In this document: positions 58,734 to 64,000 of the stretch, one piece after another
Layout of the letters: each line of letters begins with the position of its first letter
Position numbering within the stretch: position 1 is the first letter of the stretch
Source of the DNA: Lingula anatina
Taxonomy: Eukaryota > Animalia > Brachiopoda
Assembly: GCA_051362555.1 (NCBI GenBank)
Contig: CM120641.1
Span: forward strand, 28,030,401-28,094,400
Direction of reading: 5' to 3'
DNA length: 64,000 bases
The notes under the pieces: generated by a model
Told to the model about the DNA's origin: nothing
Database searches by the model: none
What the model saw: the letters and a program-made list of their open reading frames with translations, nothing else
Position numbers and translations under genes: made by a program

Positions 58734-61027
58734 AAACTAGAGGATCAGAGAGGCGGTACCGCCTCCGAATATTGTACCACCAGCTGGAGCAAGCGCATTC
58801 GTATAGACCCCCACATACACAAAATAAGGTACACAGCCACCAGTCTTATGCTTGAGAAGCTGTAAAAATGCAATCAACAAGAATTTTCAAAATATGCAAA
58901 AAATATATATAACTTAAAATGGTACAATCAAAGTTAAGTTCATCATAAGGTAGGTCAAAGGTCAATTTAAAGGTCACATTTAGATTGCCAGTATTTGACT
59001 TCCCATTCAAGTTCAATAGTAACTATGGGCCTATCTCTGTCAGTTTTGGAGATAAAAGGGAAGCCAAATTTGCAAAGTTCAGTTCATGGTGAAAAGTAGG
59101 TCAAAGGTCAATTTCAAGGTCACAGTAAGATTGCCAGTATATGACTTCCTATTCAACTTCAATAGTAACTATGGACCTATCTCTGCCAGTTTTGGAGATA
59201 AAAACAAACCAAAATTTGTAAACTTCAATTCATGATGAAAAGTAGGTCAAAGGTCAATTTCAAGGTCACACTTAGATTGCCTCTAATGACTTCTATTCAA
59301 GTTCAATAGTTACTATGGGCGTATTTTTGCCAGTTTTGGAGATAAAAGGGAACCAAAATTTGCAATGCTAAGTTCATGGTAAAAAGTAGGTCAAAGGTCA
59401 ATTTAAGGGTCACAGTAAATTGACTTTAATGACTTCCTATTCAAGTTCAATAGGTACTATGGATCTATCTCTGCTAGTTTTGGAGATAAAAGGGAACAAA
59501 ATTTGCAAAGTTCAATTCATTATGAAAAGTAGGTCAAAGGTCAATTTCAAGGTCATATTAAGATTGCCAGTATATGACTTCCTATTCAAGTTCAATAGTA
59601 ACTATGGACCTATCTCTGCTAGTTTTGGAGATAAAAGGGAACAAAATTTGCAAAGTTCAGTTCATGTTATTTGCAAAGTTCAGTTAAAAGTAGGTCAAAG
59701 GTCAATTTAAGGGTCACAGTAAATTGCCTCATATGACTTTCTGTTCAAATTCAATAGTAACTATGGGCATATCTCTGCCAGTTTGGAAAATAAAAGCATT
59801 AAAAAGTTGCAAAGTTCAGTTTATGGTGTAAAGTAGGTCAAAGGTCAATTTCAAGGTCACATTTAGATTGCCAGTATATGACTTCCTATTCAAGTTCAAT
59901 AGTAACCATAGACCTATCTCTGCCAGTTTTAGAGATAAAAGGGAACCAAAATTTGCAAAGTTCAATTCATGATGAAAAGTAGGTCAAAGGTCAATTTCAA
60001 GGTCACATTTAGATTGCCAGTATGTGATTTCCTATTCAACTTCAATAGTAACTATGGACCTATCTCTGCCAGTTTTGGAGATATAAGGGACTAAATCTTA
60101 TAATTTTGGAGTTACAATAATGTACCATAAATTTCGTACAGAAAAAATTAATTAAAATAAAGAACAGGTCATTTTGGTCAAAATTGAAATGGGAGGTGTT
60201 CTGAAGTGCCAGATGTTCAAATTTGATGAAATAATGTCATTTTTGACCACAGGTTGTCTGCCTCGCCAAGCCTTTCCGGAGTTCAAAATTTATTATCCAT
60301 TACCGTACTGCACATTTTGCTTTCACCACCAATATGTACTTTTTGATAGAGCGTAACTCGAAAACCGTATGGAATACAAAAAAACGGAGACCACCCCCAG
60401 TGTTGCTTTACATGCTCTACAAAATGCAAAAAAGAATGGGTCTCTAGCATTAACGGTTCCGGAATTAGAGACAGTTTTCAGTTTCGGTATCTTATTGACC
60501 CCTAATTCACGGAGATGAAAGATGACCTGAAGGGTAACACTTTCCAATAATATTATTGGTTAAGTTTGTGTGGTGTCTGAATAACAGGGCAAATAATTTT
60601 TTTTTCATAAAAAAATTTGTTTTTTTTGAAAATTTTGGCCCGTTTGACCTTGAAATAAAGGCCAAAGGTCAAATCCAAGGGCATATTTGAAATCTACACA
60701 CGACTTTTGGAAAGCCGTCTGTAGAAATTTTTCCTATAATTCCTTCCGTAGGGTAGATAATTAGCATTTAATTTTGCCATTTTTAGACAAGGGTGCATTG
60801 CAATGAGTGCCACACCTAGACCCCAATACCGACAAAGCCCAAATTTTACGTGGAATGAGTTGAGATTATAGGTGACCTAAATCCAAGAGATGAGTATGGA
60901 GGCCCTTACCGTCTAGGAGGAGAAGCTGTAACGGTAGATGTCCGGCGGAGCCGCAGGAGCCGGCGGAACGATCTGGACGGGACTAAAACCACGTGTACTG
61001 CCAGGGCTAACGCTGGTGGTACAATTA
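58734..61027 (-). mobile_element. ~2.3-kb Helentron/HINE-like element
   Basis: 14-bp subterminal inverted repeat ATTGTACCACCAGC (58771-58784) / GCTGGTGGTACAAT (61012-61025). GC hairpin GAGGCGGTACCGCCTC (58750-58765) about 10 nt from a terminal CTAG. Hairpin at the other end (60995-61022) and an internal tandem array. Confidence 0.8.
58951..60092 (+). repeat. Tandem array of eight ~146-bp units
   Basis: TAGGTCAAAGGTCA recurs at 58951, 59097, 59243, 59387, 59530, 59691, 59834 and 59980. Confidence 0.95.
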
Positions 61028-61974
61028 TGCTGGTGCAACAAAATTGCTGCCCTTTCCAGAATTTTGTAGTCTTTTTTCCATAGTTTAAAACTTGCAAAGT
61101 TAGCCTGCAGTTGATGAAAGAAAAGGTTGCAGAAAAATTAGCTCAAATTGCACCAAGAAAGAAGGTTCAAAGAGATGTGGAATGTGATTACGTACTTCCA
61201 ATCTACTGGCAGTTTCTCTGCATATACAATGATAGGACTTCCAAATGCAGGCACAAATCATCTCACATTGCAATATTTATTAAGTATTCTTTTTCCTAAA
61301 ACCTGGTAATAATTCTGTAATAATGAGCAAAATGATGAGAAAAAATGTAATCATAAACAGAAGACACCAATGCTTGTTGATTACATGGCCAATCATTTAA
61401 TACAGAACACGAGTAAAATTGGTGCTTGGCATTCAATGTCACTGTTTGGCTCTTGCATTTTTAACTCAATACTTAAGACTGCTATCAATACTTTTAGAAC
61501 TTATTAAAAATAACCATAAATGATATCTAACATACAATGTACACTTTGTTTTTTGGATCACAGAAAAAGTTGATTGCATTGTATTGTGTTTCATCCATCT
61601 TTTTGTCCAGAAATAGTTTTCTTAATAATTTGCTAAAATTATATACAGTATTGCACAATAACAACAAAAAAAACTCATGTACAGTGATCTAGATTGAGCA
61701 AATATTACAGGGACATAAAACATAATTCAGACAAAAAGAATAAAAAAGTTTTTTACTTTGGGAATGCTATTTGTGACCTCTGGATATAACACAGTATCAA
61801 AATATCATTTTACAAAGTAAATTAAATCTTGCACAATAATAAATTCAGTCTTCTACTGCAAGTACATGCTAAAGAAAGCAGTCTTTGTATTGTATGTGTT
61901 CAAAAAACATTTCTTCTGTTAAATTATCTGTGGTCCTGAGGTTTATTTTATTAAAAAGTCTTTTCTATTGTTTT

Positions 61975-63844
61975 TCATGTAGCAACAGTGTGACCCTGTT
62001 GGTCAGTTCTAGTCATCATTTCTGGAAATGAGGCAATGTCTGTGCCAATTTCTGTGGAAACTTCCCTCTCTTCTTCAGCACATCCACGGATACAGACTGT
62101 GCTCCAGCCTCCCTACGAATAATAAACATAACATTAAATAATCATGAGCTACTACATTAGAAATGCACTTTAATTGCATCTTTTGTGGTTCATCCGTCAG
62201 GATCGACGAAGATCATCTAGTCATCCTATGAGTTAGTGATTTGCGTTATGTGTGTGGGGAGATGGCTGGTAAGGTCAATCTGCACTCGAAAGGATTTGCT
62301 GCAGTGTGGGCAGGGATTGGTGGCTGCTGTCAAGGGCTTGCTGGTACTGCTTTTTCTGGGCAGTCTTTGAATCCATTTTGAATCTATAATTCTTAACACA
62401 TTACATAAGCAAAAGCCCACTTAACAAAATTTCTTAATAATTAAATCACTACCTTTTTTTTTTTGCATTGGTTGATCGCAACAAAAGTAAGAAATGCTTT
62501 TTGGTCAGTTATTAAAAATTGTCATTTTACTTAAAACTTGTAAAACAATGACCACCAATAGAAGTTTTGTAAGGTAACCAACACCAAGAAAAACTAATAT
62601 ATTAATTTTTGGTGACACACTATCTTCTACCAAAATCTTGGAGGTAAAGCATTTTTCTGATTCTTTGACTGGGTTCTCATACCTAGATCAATCTAACAGG
62701 ATTGATCCATCTCCCAGGGTTTTCTTGCTAAATTGCTTTCAGCTTAAGTGGCTTAGATGTCTGGCACGCCAGCTGAAGCTGCTAAACGATAATTACCCCC
62801 TTAGCAGCCACAGTAGTAGGCTTGACAGACATCTAAGTCGCTTAATTTAGCGCAATGGATTGATCCCCAGTTAGTACGATGGGGTCTGGAAATGGTCCCC
62901 TTGTTAACACAAGGGAAGGACTTTAATGTTGACAAAGCATAATCTTTGCCAATCCAGATTACATTGCTGCCTCTAGCTCTGCTGGCTATTGGCCCCATAG
63001 TTACCCCTATTCCTAGTTCCCAAGTACTGCCTCCAGGAAGATCAACTGTTATGCCTTTCCTCTTAGCAACAACTCCGTACACTGGACCACTGGGGGTATC
63101 AATCACATCGGCAACTATCCATACCTGCAATAGAGTAGAATAAAAAGCAATTAATAAAATATTCAGCAAACTACAGCATAAAATCCGTAACCTATAAATG
63201 CTAGAGACAAATATACAGAAAAACATTTACTCATATATGTGTGTAACAGGTTCATGAGTTTACAGAAGTGAGAATACATATTTCTTTCAGAAAATATACA
63301 TTCACTTTGAAGAGTTGGCCATTGTACTAATTACTGGGAGAATATATATACAAGATCCACCTGTAGACAAGACTTTGAGGCCATTCCCAGAGATTTAGAT
63401 TAATCTTACTAGATTGACCTAACTCCCTGGGGTTCATGCTAAATTGCAGTCAGCCGACCGCGCATGGAAGTTAATTACCCCCTTACAGCTTTTAGTAGGG
63501 GGGAAAGACATTTAAGCTGGCTAAGCTGACAGTAATCTAGTGAGACTCCCCACAGGAATAGATTGATCTAAAATCTCTGGGAATGCGCCCTTTGACTAAT
63601 TCCCATTTTGCAAGTACATGTAGAAAAGCCCATACAAAAACTAACAGATCTAGGCAACTGTCGAGCTAGCCCCCCCCCCCCCCCCTTTCCCAAAAACAAA
63701 AGCTTTTCAGTTCAATACTGTAATATGGAAAGCATACCTGGTCCTGTGGCCCAACTGACACCTGTTTGACTTTTCCACATACTCTAATCCAACACACACC
63801 CTCTGGATAAGTTGGAGTAATGTCTTTACGATACCAAAGACCAT
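61975..63844 (-). CDS. TECPR1: Tectonin beta-propeller repeat-containing protein 1, last three exons (gene extends beyond window)
   Basis: Exons 63844-63738, 63124-63005 and 62112-61975 give GLWYRKDITPTYPEGVCWIRVCGKVKQVSVGPQDQ-VWIVAD...GVVAKRKGITVDLPGGSTWELGIG-GGWSTVCIRG. This matches the TECPR1 C-terminus (LWYRQGITPSYPQG...VSVGPLDQVWVIA...WDYGIGGGWDHISVR). There is no TECPR2-type C-terminal WEVI LIR. Confidence 0.88.
62185..62367 (-). mobile_element. 3' end fragment of an RTE-clade LINE
   Basis: C-terminal zinc-finger-like CPHCSKSFRVQIDLTSHLPTH followed by a short 3'UTR with hairpin TTCGTCGATCCTGACGGA. Confidence 0.7.
62670..62900 (-). mobile_element. Diverged relative of the Harbinger-type MITE family
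   Basis: Shares AATTACCCCCTTA.CAGC, TAGTAGG, GACAT.TAAG and a CTGGAAATGG end with the 214-bp family. Boundaries uncertain. Confidence 0.45.
63377..63590 (-). mobile_element. PIF/Harbinger-type MITE, copy 3 (more diverged)
   Basis: Reverse complement of the 52388-52601 family, flanked by TTT on both sides. Confidence 0.8.
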
Positions 63845-64000
63845 CTAAATTGTAAGATATTCACATTCAGTGAAGAGAAGTCTTTTCTGCATCACCATGA
63901 TAACTTATCTGCAGAGACTTGGTAGATACTGTTTATTTCTTACACTTGAAATAATGACAAAGTATAAAAGTTACTATCAAATCTATCACCATAATTGACG

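Noticed and set aside
58951-60092. Regularly spaced repeats resembling a CRISPR array (also 10077-10560)
   Set aside because: The sequences between the motifs are homologous to each other, so these are tandem units rather than unique spacers. The context is eukaryotic and there are no cas genes.
61975-63844. Assignment as TECPR2
   Set aside because: The C-terminal sequence matches TECPR1 and lacks the TECPR2 terminal acidic WEVI LIR.

Overview
AT-rich, intron-rich animal genomic DNA. It is probably a lophotrochozoan or mollusc-like invertebrate, inferred from the repeat types and protein divergence. Seven protein-coding genes alternate strictly in strand: FAM98 (-), PSMD8 (+), MAP1LC3C (-), MFSD13A/TMEM180-like (+), BTAF1/Mot1 (-, about 39 exons including one U12-type intron), a cytochrome P450 (+) and the 3' end of TECPR1 (-). 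Exon chains were traced by hand and stay in frame. Introns and intergenic DNA carry an internally deleted GalEa-type Copia LTR element, Penelope and RTE fragments, several Helentron/HINE-like elements with internal tandem arrays, PIF/Harbinger-type MITEs with 3-bp TSDs, and an 890-bp foldback element with a 6-bp TSD (IS3EU-like). The most notable observations are: an array of eight perfect nuclear-receptor DR1 sites inside a Helentron-like element next to the P450; the foldback element in a P450 intron; the FAM98-PSMD8 divergent pair; LC3C-TECPR1 linkage; and a candidate truncating terminal exon in BTAF1. No wholly new protein system can be supported from this sequence, so the novel candidates are regulatory or TE-related hypotheses.
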